From contig CP075494.1 of assembly GCA_021613535.1 (NCBI GenBank), positions 6,758,001-6,822,000 on the forward strand: a stretch of DNA of 64,000 bases, in the 5' to 3' direction. Within the stretch, counting starts at the first letter, position 1. Every line of letters begins with the position of its first letter. A program made the position numbers and the translations under genes. Positions 23,888-37,439 of the stretch are shown here, in pieces. This DNA comes from Adineta vaga. Taxonomy: Eukaryota; Animalia; Rotifera. The notes under the pieces are model-generated. The model was not told where the DNA came from. It searched no databases and saw only the letters and a program-made list of their open reading frames with translations.

Positions 23888-25213
23888 ATGAAACGAACAG
23901 GAATTGCGTATTTTTTCGCTTTAACTGGAGGACTTTTTGGTATACATCATCTTTATTTACGACGTACCCAACAAGCTTTATTATGGTTTACAACATTTGG
24001 TGGGTTTGGTATTGGACTTCTCTATGAATTATTATTTTCAATAAGAAAATATGTTCAAGAAGCCAACAATGATAATTCATTTCATGATTTTTATCAAAAA
24101 AAAATGCGAGAACAAAAATCACCAGCCTTTGAATTAACAAGATTCGGTGGTAAGTAGTAAATAATAAGTAATAAACAAAATTTTACCTATTGTGTTCTTC
24201 AAGGACAATTTATCGTCGCGATGTTCTATGGTTTTATAACCTACTATGCCTTCCCAGATACTTGGGTTGAAAAAACGTTTCTATCTTTATTTGTAGCATT
24301 TTGTTCAGCAGTTGCCATTGCTTTTGGTAAAGATATTTGATGATAAAAAAAGATTTCATTTCATCCGAATTTTCCTTCAGGTACACAACTTGTAGGCACA
24401 CTTGGACCTCGAAAATGTTCATTTGTTTGGCCATTATTAGGTGCTTTACTTGGAATACCTTTCCTATTGACTCATGGCGTGAAATCACCATCATTTAATA
24501 TTGCAGCTTTCTTTTCCTGTTGGATATTTGAATGGAAAGTTGATTGGGATCCTGAATATCTCTCGGATAAATCGAAAACCAAACCAAAAGCAAGACGTCA
24601 TGTTGTGAAACGTTGTTTAATACTTGGCTGTGGTGCTATTCTTTTTGGATTATTAGTCTCATCAGCAATTTATCAAAATTTGCAAGTAGATCTTCATGGT
24701 GAACGTGTTAAAATTAAAGATGTTATCGCAGATTTCTTTAAATCACAAGAATTTATTCAACTTTATCAACAATTATCCCGTGTTATGAAAGAATTGTATG
24801 CGTTTTATTTGCAATTTGGTTTTAAAGGTATATGGACACAAATTTGGGCAGAATTAAGTTCTGAAAGTGATAAACAAGCGTATCAAGTAAATCTCCTTGA
24901 CTAATCGATGTAAAACGATATCTGATATCGATTATTTCTCTTTTAGACACTGAATCTTAAATCAGATGCTTCACAGAAAGACATTGAACTTCAATGTCGA
25001 ACATTATCACGTAAATGGCATCCAGATCGATATCGCGTATGATAGAAAAGAAAATAATCTTTTTCTCATACGATGAAAATATTTCTTTAGGATCCGGAAG
25101 CAAAACAAAAAGCCGAAACAACTTTTATGAATATTCAACAAGCATGTAATCGTTTATCTGCTGAACGTAAACGTCGACAGACAATCAATACACAAAAACG
25201 TGAAAATCCATAA
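23888..25213 (+). CDS. DNAJC22: DnaJ homolog subfamily C member 22 (wurst-like): TM2 domain, TM helices, C-terminal J domain
   Basis: GGLFGIHHLYL TM2 motif, TFGGFGIG, and C-terminal LSRKWHPD...FMNIQQAC. Confidence 0.9.
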
Positions 25214-25436
25214 ATCATTCCAATTTTCTCTTCAGAGACAGATCTTTGTTTTGTTTTCTTTCTTTTTAATCAATCTCGCGTGGTCTTTCAGGACAGTAAT
25301 CCATGTTTTTTTTATTATTGGTGATGGATAGTTTTTATTTTATTGCTAATTTGAGATAATAATCATAATCAATTTCTGATTGTTTTGAATTTTTAGAAAT
25401 CTTCTTAATGTCTTGATTAGATACAATATATTTTGA

Positions 25437-28400
25437 ATGTCCGTCACAATCGATTCTGTTAAATTTTATATCAATCAATTTATTCAAAATTTTGATTATG
25501 TCGATGCCATCTTTCTTGCGGAACGTCTTTATGCTGAAGGTAAAATATTGCGAAAATTTTCATAGAAAGAAAAATACTTGATATTTTTTAGTAAAAAATG
25601 ATGAATCAACTTATCTATTAGCTCGAACTTATTATCTCAGTGGTGATATCAATAAATCCTATTGGTTATTACGGAATTCATCGGTTGAACATGTACCTAC
25701 TGCTAAACTTCTTTTAGCAAAATGTTGTTTTGATATCGATAAGTAAGTCACAATTCGATGAAAGACTGAACTTTTTCATTGGATATTTTTAAGACTTCAT
25801 GAGGCAGAATCGGTGTTACTTGGAAATTGCTCGTCAGTTAATACGCTTGCATTAGATGAGTTTGTTATTGATCATGGTGATCAAGCAACATTTGCATTAC
25901 AATTATTAGCTAAAGTTTGCGAGTAAGTTTCAGCAGAAAAATGAATTATTAATATTTGTTGATGAATTATGTAGAAAATCAGATCGTCATCAAAAAGCAA
26001 GTGAATGTTATCGAAAATCATTAAAACTCAATCCATTTCTCTGGTCATCATTCGAAGCTCTCTGTCGATTAGGTATTCGACATTCTTGATGATGAAGTAG
26101 TTTCTAAGAATTGATTTTCTAGGTGAACGTGTTGATACAAGTATATTCTGTTCATCGACTATCAAATCTAATCGATCTGTGTCAGAATCTCCAATATGTG
26201 TTACTCCGTATACAGAATCTATAAAAGATATTCAAAGTGAAAATCAAACAATAGAAAATGTTTGTTTCAATTCCGAGAGAAAACAAATCATTCGAAATCT
26301 TTTTCATTTCAGTCGATAAATACAAGTACAAATCTTCCTATGAAAGAACGATCTCAATCACGTTTATTTCAAGCACCTACAACTATTATGAAATTAACTG
26401 ATTCTATACTCAATGTTGATTCAGCCAATATCTCAGCGAATATCACATCAACGCCAATCGCTTTACTTTCGGAACAATTACAAGATGGTGATAAATTTAC
26501 TCCGCCAACTATCAAACCACCTGATTATATTCCCACATTACGTAATCCACCTTTAGCACCTAAACGACAAAATACACGAATGTTGTACGTATTGATAATA
26601 TAAATTCAAACAAAGAATTTGAAAAATTGTTCTTCCTCCTTGTTTTGTAGACAACAATATGGATGTGACGATACAAGTACACCTGTATCGACGACGACAC
26701 TTTTACATAAACATGAAATTGCTTCGACATCAATTAGCGAAGCAAAGAAAACAGCGAGCACAAGAAAAGTAGATCTTGTTCGTTTTTAAAATAAACTCAA
26801 TGTTTAATATCTATTCTCTTACTATTTTAGGAAAACAAATCGATTCGTGCTCCAACTAAACGTACAACGCGCATAACAAAACCACGGGCACCTTGTGCAG
26901 ATATGAGTATAACTCCCATATCATCATTGGAATCTCCAAACAAAATGACAACACGATCTCAAGTTCGATCAAACAATAGCAGTTTAAATTCTTCGATGGA
27001 GACAGAAATCAGTAACAAACGTGAGAGACAAAAGAAAAGTCAATCAAGTTCACGTACATCTGGTTTGTTGATTAATACTTTTCGCTTATCATTTCTACTG
27101 ATTTTTGTTCTTTCTTTCTATTAAGAATTGGTTGAAAATATCATCAATGTATTTAAATTACTCGGCCAAGGTCTTCAACATTTATCACAATTTGAATGTC
27201 GACAAGCGATTGAATTATTCGAATCCATTTCATTAAAACATCTTGATACACCTTGGACATTATTACGTTTAGCTAATTGTTATTATCATTTACATGATTA
27301 TCAAAAGTCAGTCCTGATTTATCGAGAATTACGTACAAAATTTCCATATCATATTGATGGATTAGAATATTATAGTACTGTTCTATGGCATCTCAAAGAT
27401 GATATTGCTCTAGCAACATTAGCACATGAATTAACTGAAACGGATCGGAAACATCCAGCTGTAAGTATATCTCTCATATAATTTAAGATATGCTGAATGA
27501 AATTAACTAAATGTTGTGTTTTGTTAGAGTTGGTGTGCGTCTGGAAATTGTTTAAGTTTGAATCATGAATACGATAAAGCAATTCAAGCATTTAAACGTG
27601 CTATTCAATTAGCACCAGAATCGGATTATGCATATACATTATTAGGAAATGAATATTCTCTTATTGATGAACTTGAACGAGCAATGGCATGTTTTCGAAA
27701 AGCTATTCAATTAAATTCACGTAGTTATAAAGCTTGGTAAGTTACTTGTTACCGGAGAAACGAAATCTATTATTTAACTTTGGAAATAGGAATGGTGTAG
27801 CGATGGTCTATTTAAAGCAAGAAAAATTTCAATCAGCTACATTTCATTTCACAAAAGCAACAAGTATCTATCGTACAAATCCAGATCTCATCTGTCATTT
27901 AGCAGTGGTAAGAAATTTCGTATTTAATTTATATCTTCATGCAAAGCACTTATCTTTTAGGCTCAACATAAATGTAATCAGTCTACTGATGCATTAGCAT
28001 TGTTGAATGATGCATTGAAAATTGATTCGAAAAATGCTCTATGTAAATTTCATAAGTGAGTTAATTATTTTGAAAACGAATGAATATTTGGAATATAATT
28101 CGATGATTTAGAGCTGGGCTTTTATTACATCTCGAACGTTATCATGAAGCATTAGCAGAACTCGAAGAATTACGACAAATTGCACCTAAAGAATCACTTG
28201 TCTTTTATCTACTTAGTAAAGTATGATCCAATCAATACTCGCATAGAAAAGAAAAATATTTTCTATTTAAAGGTTCATCGACATTTGAAAAACTTCCATT
28301 ATTCATATATGTATATGTCATGGAGTATGGATCTTGATCCTAAAGGTAATTGATTTTTGTTGTATTAGAAAATTTTGACATAAATTTCTCTTTGAAAGGT

Positions 28401-28574
28401 GCTAATAATCAATTGAAAGAAAATGCCGATAAACTCTATTCCAAAGATGAAGATCTTTTACTTGGTATGGAAGATATTGCTTCGTCTGTCACTGACGATG
28501 ATAATAGTCAAATGCAATCTCAAAGTTCACTACAAGATATTCAGCCGATGGATTCTAGTGAAGAAATTCTTTAG
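25437..28574 (+). CDS. CDC27: Anaphase-promoting complex subunit 3 (TPR protein), multi-exon
   Basis: DAIFLAERLYAE, LKLNPFLWSSFEALC, long disordered loop, GLEYYSTVLWHL, YAYTLLGNE, SWSMDLDPKGANNQLKE. Confidence 0.96.
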
Positions 28575-29026
28575 AAAACGCCACATATATCTTGCCTTTC
28601 TTGTGCATGTACACAGATCAATACCTCACGAGTTCATGTTATGTAAATATCTGTCATATCAAAGAGCCAATGATATTTCTCAGGTGTATGTTTATCTCTA
28701 TCATTTTTTTTTCTTCTTCATTTACTTTATTCATTCTATAGTGTATCGAGATGAATTCTCTATCGAATAAAATATCTAATCAATTAGACTTTTTCTTTTT
28801 TCCTTCCTTCCTTGTCTTTTTATTTATCAAAAAAAAACAACAAATGTATAATCTGTTATTCTAAACAATAGCAAACGAATCTTTAACAGATGACCAATGT
28901 GTGTGTGTGTGCGCGTGTTTTTTCTTCTTCTCTTCCATTATCAAATGAATAACAAAAATAAAAAAAGTATATATTGCATGTAAAATTAAGGATTAGTCTT
29001 ATTTTGATACGAAATATCAAATTAGA

Positions 29027-30445
29027 ATGTTTCGAATCATCCTTATTCTTTGTGCAAGTAAGAGAAACTACTGAAGATTTATTGATAGGATTTTTTTTCA
29101 ATATTTAGTTTTCAGCTGTATTGATTGTGTAACTGTTCGATTTAATTTGAAACAATTACCAAGATTCTATACACCCTTGAATGATAGGATCTTTTTAGCA
29201 GGTTCATTCAATCAATGGATACCGAATGATCAACGATATGAATTCAATAGTGTTACAAAAGCGTTGACAATTGATGTTCTACAAGGATCAACGATTGAAT
29301 TTAAAATAACAAGAGGAAGTTGGTCAACAGCAGAAACTTGGGCAGATGGAACAGCAAGAGCGAATAGAAAGCTAACAGTAGTATGTGTGAATTTCTATAT
29401 TTTGTTTTTTTTCGAGCAAACAGAAGAGAAAAAAAATCGAATTCATTGTTTTACTTAACGACATATTGGAATGTCGACTATAGGTTATTCTGATTTGCAA
29501 TATTTGAAGATTTTCTATAATCACTTTTCAAATATAGCTTAATGGAACCTATTTTGATATTAAATTACCATCGGAATGGTTTTGTCTTTCTTTTATCTCT
29601 TTAATCTTTAGTCAAACAATCCTCAATCGATCGACTTATCAATTGAACAATGGACGGATACAGCTGGTCGTGTTCATACTGCTACAAATCAAGTTTATAT
29701 TTTAGATTCGAATTTTTCCATGTGGAACCATCTTCCACGTACTCGTCGTATTTGGATATATCTCCCTCGAAGTTATTCAACTGATCTCAATCGACGTTAT
29801 CCAGTTGTTTATGCTCATGATGCTCAAAACTTATTCGATGCTAGTACTTCATTTTCTGGTGAATGGGGTATTGATGAAAGTTTAGATAATCTTTCACAAG
29901 AAATGATTGTCGTCGGTATTGATAATGGTGGTTCTGAACGTTTAAATGAGTTAACACCATTTCCAAATGCAAACTATGGTGGTGGTCAAGCAAATTTATA
30001 TTTAGATTTTATTGTTGATAAACTTCGTCCATATATCAATAGTCATTTTCGAACGAAATCTGAACGTGAAAATACTGCTATTCTAGGTAGTTCATTGGGT
30101 GGTTTATGTAGTTTTTATGCAGCTATTCGAAACGAAAATATCTTTGGATTAATTGGTATATTTAGTCCATCATTTTGGTTTTCGAATGATATTTATACAT
30201 ATGCCGCAAAACATACTTTTCAAAATTCTCCACCGCGGCTTTATTTCGTTGGTGGTCAACCAGAAAGTTCAACCATGATTAGTGATATGCAACGAATGAT
30301 TAATGTTTTACAAAATACAACCGTAGAATATAAACAAAATGCAAATAAATTAAAACTTATTGTTGCTGCTGATGGGCAACATCAAGAATGGTTTTGGCGA
30401 CGAGAATTTCCCAATGCTATTAAATGGCTATTTCCATTGTTCTAA
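29027..30445 (+). CDS. Secreted alpha/beta-hydrolase (putative esterase family) with N-terminal CBM20/CBM48-like domain; bacterial type
   Basis: Exons 29027-29057, 29109-29380, 29612-30445. Signal peptide MFRIILILCAIFSCIDC, IFLAGSFNQW...IEFKITRGSW, RRIWIYLP, YPVVYAHDAQNLFD, IVVGIDNG, nucleophile GSSLGG, His in GQHQEWFW. Confidence 0.93.
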
Positions 30446-31326
30446 ATTGTTATTTCAAAAATAAATTAACATCATACTATTCTCATTTCTTCTCTGCAAA
30501 AATCAAAGAATGTACTTGTCTTTAGAATAATATATGTCATGTAAAAACAAGAAACTAATCATTCGATTCAAATAGATTAAGAAAAAAAAGACATACGAAG
30601 TATTGTATTGTATGCAAATATACGTTGACTTGTTTGAAGCTAGTATATTCATCTATGTTGCATACCTTGTACTTTCTATCATAGAACTAGTTCGAACAAA
30701 CAATAATTTCTATTTATCTTGATATATTTTGTCCTTGCTTAAAAGTAAACGATTACTCATTTCGATAGAAACTGAGTATAACTAACATCAAACGATTTGT
30801 GTAAGTAATTAAAATAAATTGTAAACATAAGTGTATACGTATATCAGATTTTGTGGATGACGATCTAAGGAAGTGCACTATAGCTACATCTCTAACATTT
30901 TTTGGAACTGTCTGTGATTCTATTGCTTATTATCATCCTATGAATTATCAGCTATACTCATAAATTCCGTTTTTAATGAGTTTTCGTTTGATATAACAGT
31001 CACTTGATTATATTTTTGGATTTTAGCTGTAATCTTCAGGAAAAATATTTGAAAACTCTCGAAAACCACATCACCTTGGAAGTGTTAAGTTCAGGTTGAT
31101 GTTGTTTTCGTATGTAAAGTTGAAAAATCCGAATCATCTTCATTCGATTACTAAAATTAGAAAGGAGAATGCTATAAAGTAAATACTACACATCTCTATA
31201 GTGCTGGGAATCTTTTCTGTCGATCTGATTCACTCGCGACCTCTAGATACTTTTCTGATTCGATTGGTTTCTTTTTTTAAACTAATCAATCATCTAAAAA
31301 GTAATTTATTTATTTTTTGTTGTCTC

Positions 31327-31350
31327 GTTGTTGTTGTTGTTGTTGTTGTT
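31327..31350 (+). repeat. (GTT)n microsatellite
   Basis: About 8 tandem GTT units. Confidence 0.8.
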
Positions 31351-32798
31351 TTCTGATCTATGAACTGCGCTCTGTAATTAATCAGCTGGAGCATCATCTG
31401 ATAAATGATGACTAGATATATATCCTTTCTTTCTTTCTATTGTCTTGTTGTAAGTATATAAATATCGGCAAGTTTTCAGAGCAAATCTGCCGCTTCTATT
31501 TATTCTTCACTTCTTCCAAGATATAATCTCGTTTTTAATTATGTGATAACATGTTATTACCTCGTCGGAAATGCGTTCAAATCATCTTATAGATTTTCTT
31601 TTATGCGTAGACAATTAGTAAATCATTTTTAAAAGTAATATCTATTCAATAACATTGCTTACATCATATGCACTTCATAAATTAGATATAGTTATAAAAC
31701 GACACGATATTTTATTTGAGAACATCTTGAGAAAACTGACGCACATCATTCGACCTTTGAATTTTTCAAGGCTATTTTGTTATATGTCGTTCAAATCTTG
31801 ACGAGTGAGTTATGCAATTAGGACATATAAAAAGACATAAACGAGAAGAAATTGTCATTTGTATTTTATAGACACGCGACCGAAAAACCAACAACAGTAA
31901 GTTATCACTAATTGTTTTATTAAAAACTGATAGAAAACATATAATGCGTGCTCAAAAAGCAATATTTACTAACAAGTAAATCTAGATAGATCTTTCTCTC
32001 TAACTATAGGTTTACTTTGATCAAAATAAAAAAAACGCTTGAAGAAAGAATATATGTAAGTATATTTGTTATAGAAATGATTTATTTATTCATTTATTTT
32101 TATCAAGTACTAATGTTTTCTTAGTAATATGAAGAAAAATGCATACATGCATGCATGCATGTTTTTTTCTCCTTCAATATAATAATGAATTATTAATTAG
32201 CAATTGTTACTTACGCGTTCTCATCTTTTTTTTATGATGAAGAAAAGAAATGACAGAATTATTTTTATCGTAAGAAGAAAAAGAAAAGAAACTTTGTCGA
32301 GATGCTAAAACACTCATCACACGTCTTTTGGATATTTGAGTAGACAAAAGGAAGGAAGTCGCCGTAACTAAAACTTCATCGATAGCTCGACTTACAAGTT
32401 TGTACGTCATTCACTGTTTGTTTTCTTTTTCTTCATTCAATAAATACTAACAAGATATTTATGGAATTTACCTTGAAAATTTCTATCAACAATAGAATCA
32501 TATGCTTTTTTTCTCCTCCGATTTACGTCGACACATTTTCTCAGTAATGAAATTAAACCGATAAAAAATGCGCACGAGAGAGAGAGAAAACTCTATGATT
32601 CTAATATATAATGTTTGATCTGTTGTTCCTGTCAATTTTATCTTCTGGCAGCTGTTATATGATACTTTTTTCTCATTCTAGATACATATACAAATGATAG
32701 TTTGTCTCGTATGGTAAAAATAGATTTGAATTCATTTCATTTGAGTTTTTCATTTGTTTTTCTTTCAGATGATCAAACTATAGTGAGTGTTGTTTTGG

Positions 32799-35700
32799 AT
32801 GGCTATGGTTCTTCAAGTGAATCGTGTAACAAGCAGCAATAGCAGCACGGTTCCCATGGAGTCTTTTAATCAGCTGCATGAATCAAACAATCAAGAAGAT
32901 AGTTTTCATCGAAAAATTTCTGATAAAATCGACGAAGCAAAACAATCTCAAAATGTTGAAAAATGTCAACAAATACTTGATGATTTTTTAAAAATGCTCA
33001 AACATTTGACAACAGACGTAAATAATTATAATTTAGCATTTCGTGAAACACGCCCGTCATTCTATATGCAAGTAAGTACATTTACATATGTTTACTAAGA
33101 AATAGAACATACATTAAAAAGAAAAGTAGATCAGGTCATTGAATTCGTTGATAGTGCAAATACCTTTGATGATTTATATGTCGATAAAAAAAATGAATTT
33201 GTTTTGTCGTTTAGGAATTTCAACGTTTAACTGATCGTATTGAAACGTTAACAAAAGCACGAGATACCTTAATGGAATATCTTCATGAACTTCAAGATCA
33301 AACAGTTGAAACAACGTTCCCTTATTCAGCATCATTTAATGATGTATCTACAATGAATAGTCATTTTCAACAACAATTACAATATTCTCCCACAATATCT
33401 CATTCTCCTCGTTCATCTCCATCAGAAAAAGCTCATCATCAACATACATCATCCATTTCTTCAATACAATCGAATACAAAAGATAATTTTCATAACGAAT
33501 ATTCGGTGATAAATGATCATCATTCTGTTCAACGACCACGTAGTCCAACAATGACACCAAGTAATTTCATACGTGTTCATTTTCCAAACAAACATACTAC
33601 TGCTGTAAGCGTATCTATTTTCGAACTAATTTTAATCCAATTGATTTTCTTTATTTAGCTTGCTCCACGTACTGATGAAACACTTGAAACAGCACTTCAA
33701 TTACGTGCTTCAAGACATTCAGTTACTAATATACGTGCTTATACACCAGTTTATATGATATCAAGGTATTTAATTAGATATTTCTTTTTGTCAAAATGAA
33801 CGTAAATGTTTTGCTTTGTAGACAACCATGCCCTTGGGATATAACTCTTGATCGTTTACAAGAAACAGAAATTGAACTGGAAGAAAAACCTAAACTAGAC
33901 CATTCATTCGTAAGTATCATTTTGTGTCTTGTTTTATTGAATTAATAGATGTCAAATTTACATTATTTCTTTTTTGGGAAATCTCTTTTGTTTCGTATAG
34001 ATACGAAAAAGATTTTTCACTTTAACTTATTGTGACATTTGTCATAAAATCCTGTTACAAGGACTACGATGTCTTGTATGTGGTTCTCGTATACATACAC
34101 GATGTATACATAAATCACAGATCTGTACGATCGTTCGAAGAGATTTCTATCGGTATTTTATTTGTTGTCTGCTTTTAAATATTCATCTATGTGTAAAAGC
34201 TTTGTGTCTATATCTGTATCTATGTCAATCTAGGAAAATCTTCCAACACCTCGTTTTCGCGCATTTATGGGTGTACGTTGTGTTGTCTGTCATCATCGTA
34301 TTCGCGAAACTTATAAACGTTGTGTTTCATGTGGTAATAGTTATCATAATCAGTGTTGTGGAAAAGCACCTGTCTGTTCACATCCGATTCTTCAGTATGA
34401 TGTTCATTAGACAAAATCTTGATGATGTTTTCTATTGATCTCTTTCGTAGACATATCAAACATCTTGGTCCCGAACGTTTTAATATCGATCGAACAAATG
34501 TTCAAACACGAAATAAAGAACAATCACGTAGTTTACCACGAATTCCATTATCAGTATGAGAATGAATTTCATGCTAATGAAAGATATCATTTCATGAGTT
34601 TTTCTTTGTTTTTATTTCTAGAGACCAAGTATTACAACAAATCAAGGAGTCGGTATGTACTATGCGTTTTAATCTTTTTCATATTTTTCGTACTTCTTCT
34701 CTGTCCATATTCCATATTTGACCGTCTCTGCAGATGCGACTGCATATGCGGCGTATGTAGATCAGAAAATTCTTTTTTTTTGCTTCATTTTGACAGAAAA
34801 AAAAGAAACAAACACATTAGATTTCTAATGGTGTCTATTTGTTTTTCCTTTTCACATGCTTTCATCCCTTTTCCCTCTACAATAAATTCATTTATACCTT
34901 GACAGGTCCACAAAAGGACATTTGTCACGATTCACATGACAATACATACCCAACAGCAACAACAAATACTGGCACTTATCCAACTTCTATTCTACCGACG
35001 ATAAATATATCGTCATCACTATCATCGAATACACTTTTTCAACCGTCTGTAACACTTCTTTCATCATCATTACCATCAGCAGTATCACCTATACATCACA
35101 TTCCTCAGTTATCACTGAGTAAGATTTCAAGAGATGATTTAATTAAATACACTGATATACTTCATTGATCACCTTCTTTATGATTTTCTTCATGTTCTTC
35201 TTCTTCTTCTTCTTCTCCTTTTTCTTTTATTGATTATCACATATAACTTAATCCCTTGAACGACATCTTAAAATCGAATTCGTTTTTTAATTCTAGTAAT
35301 TAATGGTTCGACTGTAATCAGTCCAGAAAGTCTTCGACCTAGTATGATTAAACCAAATAGTGATGCTCTTATCGACGCGAAAAAAGCCTCACCTGTAAGC
35401 ACGTCATCTTCGTAGAAAAATGAAAAAATGATTGGATTCTCTTGTAGAAATATGTTAGCGAATGGCAAATTCGACCAGAAGATTTGCTCGATCATGGACG
35501 AATGGTCGGCAGAGGTACTTATGGAACTGTATATAAAGCACAAGTGAGATTACATGGTAAGAATCAATAATGAAAAATTAGATGATTATATTTATGATTT
35601 TCTATTCTTCTCTTGATAATTAGGTTATGTGGCTTTGAAAGAATTGAATTTTATTTCACCAACACCAAGTCAATTTCAAGCATTTCGTAATGAAGTTTTC

Positions 35701-36863
35701 GCATTGAAGTATGTAGTTCTATTCCATCCAATTTTACTGTGAATTAAAATTTGTATATTATTTAGAAAAATTACCCATCAAAATACCTTGAATTTCTATG
35801 GATATATTGTTTCACCTCGTTTTGCTATCGTTACACAATGGTGTGATGTAAGAATAAGAAATTTCATTGTTTGATTTTAATCGAATAAATAAATTCATTT
35901 TAAAGGGTTCAACATTATATAAACATATTCATATTCTTGATCGTCATTGGAAAATCAACCAACTAATTGATATTGCTCGACAAACCTGTCAGGGAATGTC
36001 GTAAGTATATTTTATATGATGAACGAAACAAATTTGTTTGATTTTATTCATAGATATTTACATGATCGAGGTATTATTCATCGAGATCTTAAATCAAGTA
36101 ACGTCTTTCTCGATATGTGTGCTGAACCTGATGATGTTGGTGTTTGTTGGCGTGTTCGAATTGGTGATTTCGGTTTAGCAGCCGTTAAAACTGTTTTAGC
36201 TGAAGGTGTTAATCAACAATTTCAACCTACAGGTTCCGTTCTATGGATGGTAAATTTCTTCGAATTGAAAGAACTTTCTTCATTGAAATGAATTGTTTTT
36301 TAGGCACCCGAAGTTATCCAACAAAAGGATCCAAACTGTTATTCAACTAGTTCTGATGTATATGCGTATGGTTGTGTTCTATTTGAAATGTTTAGTGGAA
36401 AATTACCTCATGCTCCAATCAATAATAAAGAACAGGTTGATTACTAAAGGAAAGAATTATAGAATAAATATATTGTTTTCTTTCTTAGATAATGTGGCTT
36501 GTGGGAAAAGGTAGACTAAAAATAAAAGTTGATCAATGTCGTGATGATACACCTGAAGCAATAACTGATTTAATTCGTCAATGTACAGAATTTGATCGTG
36601 AACAACGACCAGATTTTGCACCTGAAGTTTGTATTTCATTGACAAGTTTCTTCATAAATTAATCAATTTGTTTTCTTTCTCTCACTTAGATTGATGATGT
36701 ACTATCAAAATTTGAATTCATATTTCCACGTTTACAACGTTCGCAATCAGAGCCGTGTTTAATTCGTAATCCTCAAGATGATTTACTTGGTTTATCCATC
36801 AATTTTGGAGTACCAAAAACTCCCGTATCCGTTCATCGACGTTTTAATGCTGAAGTTTCATGA
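32799..36863 (+). CDS. RAF: Raf kinase (B-Raf-like N-terminal coiled region, RBD, C1, kinase), multi-exon
   Basis: [16 protein letters not shown]1 domain, [74 protein letters not shown], and C-terminal 14-3-3 site RSQSEP. Confidence 0.95.
34001..34152 (+). other. Raf C1 exon variant A (phase 0 to phase 2)
   Basis: AG|[42 protein letters not shown]...|GT, 152 nt. Confidence 0.9.
34234..34394 (+). other. Raf C1 exon variant B (phase 0 to phase 2)
   Basis: AG|[48 protein letters not shown]...|GT, 161 nt. Confidence 0.8.
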
Positions 36864-37423
36864 CAAATTCATTCGATAGAAATTCTTCTGCATCTATATA
36901 TATACATACGTACATTCCTCTACGATTTATTTCAACATAACAAACTTTTTATTTGATTTGATTTTGTTTTTGTAAATTAGTCCCGTTTCTTTATTGTCTA
37001 TCTTTTCTCGATGAAACTAAGCGAAACAATAAAAATCTTGATTTATTATTTCGCAGTATATTTGTAAGACAGTGAATGAATCTTTTCTTGTATGTCTATA
37101 TTGTTCTCTTCTCTCATCGATTAAATGCTGTGTACATTTTATTTATAGACAAGAAAATATATTGTCTTGAGATTTGATCCATTTTAAATCATAATGGAAA
37201 ACGAATAGAAACAAGAATTTAATAATGTTCTTATTTCGTCATATGAATTAAACAAAAGAAAAATTCGACTCAATCGACTGTACGTTTTCGGACGTGATGC
37301 CTTGGACTGATTTTTGATCCGGCAATCTTGCAGACGAAGTTCGCTACAGTCGGCAATTGCTAAACTATCCGTCGATCTATTCTACCGTAAATCTGACACT
37401 AAAAGAGACATGATTGTGTTTTC

Positions 37424-37439
37424 TAGCGCCATCTATTGT
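37424..37439 (-). promoter_or_regulatory. CTCF-like motif
   Basis: Minus strand ACAATAGATGGCGCTA, close to the CCACYAGRKGGCGCTA consensus, in the Raf-SKP1 intergenic region. Confidence 0.4.

Noticed and set aside
34734-34752. 19-nt AG/GT-flanked candidate microexon in Raf
   Set aside because: It is not frame-preserving and nothing else supports it.
34906-35168. Alternative terminal exon giving a kinase-less DA-Raf-like isoform
   Set aside because: A strong GTAAGA donor at 35119 makes 34906-35118 a frame-preserving internal exon. The stop lies in the intron.
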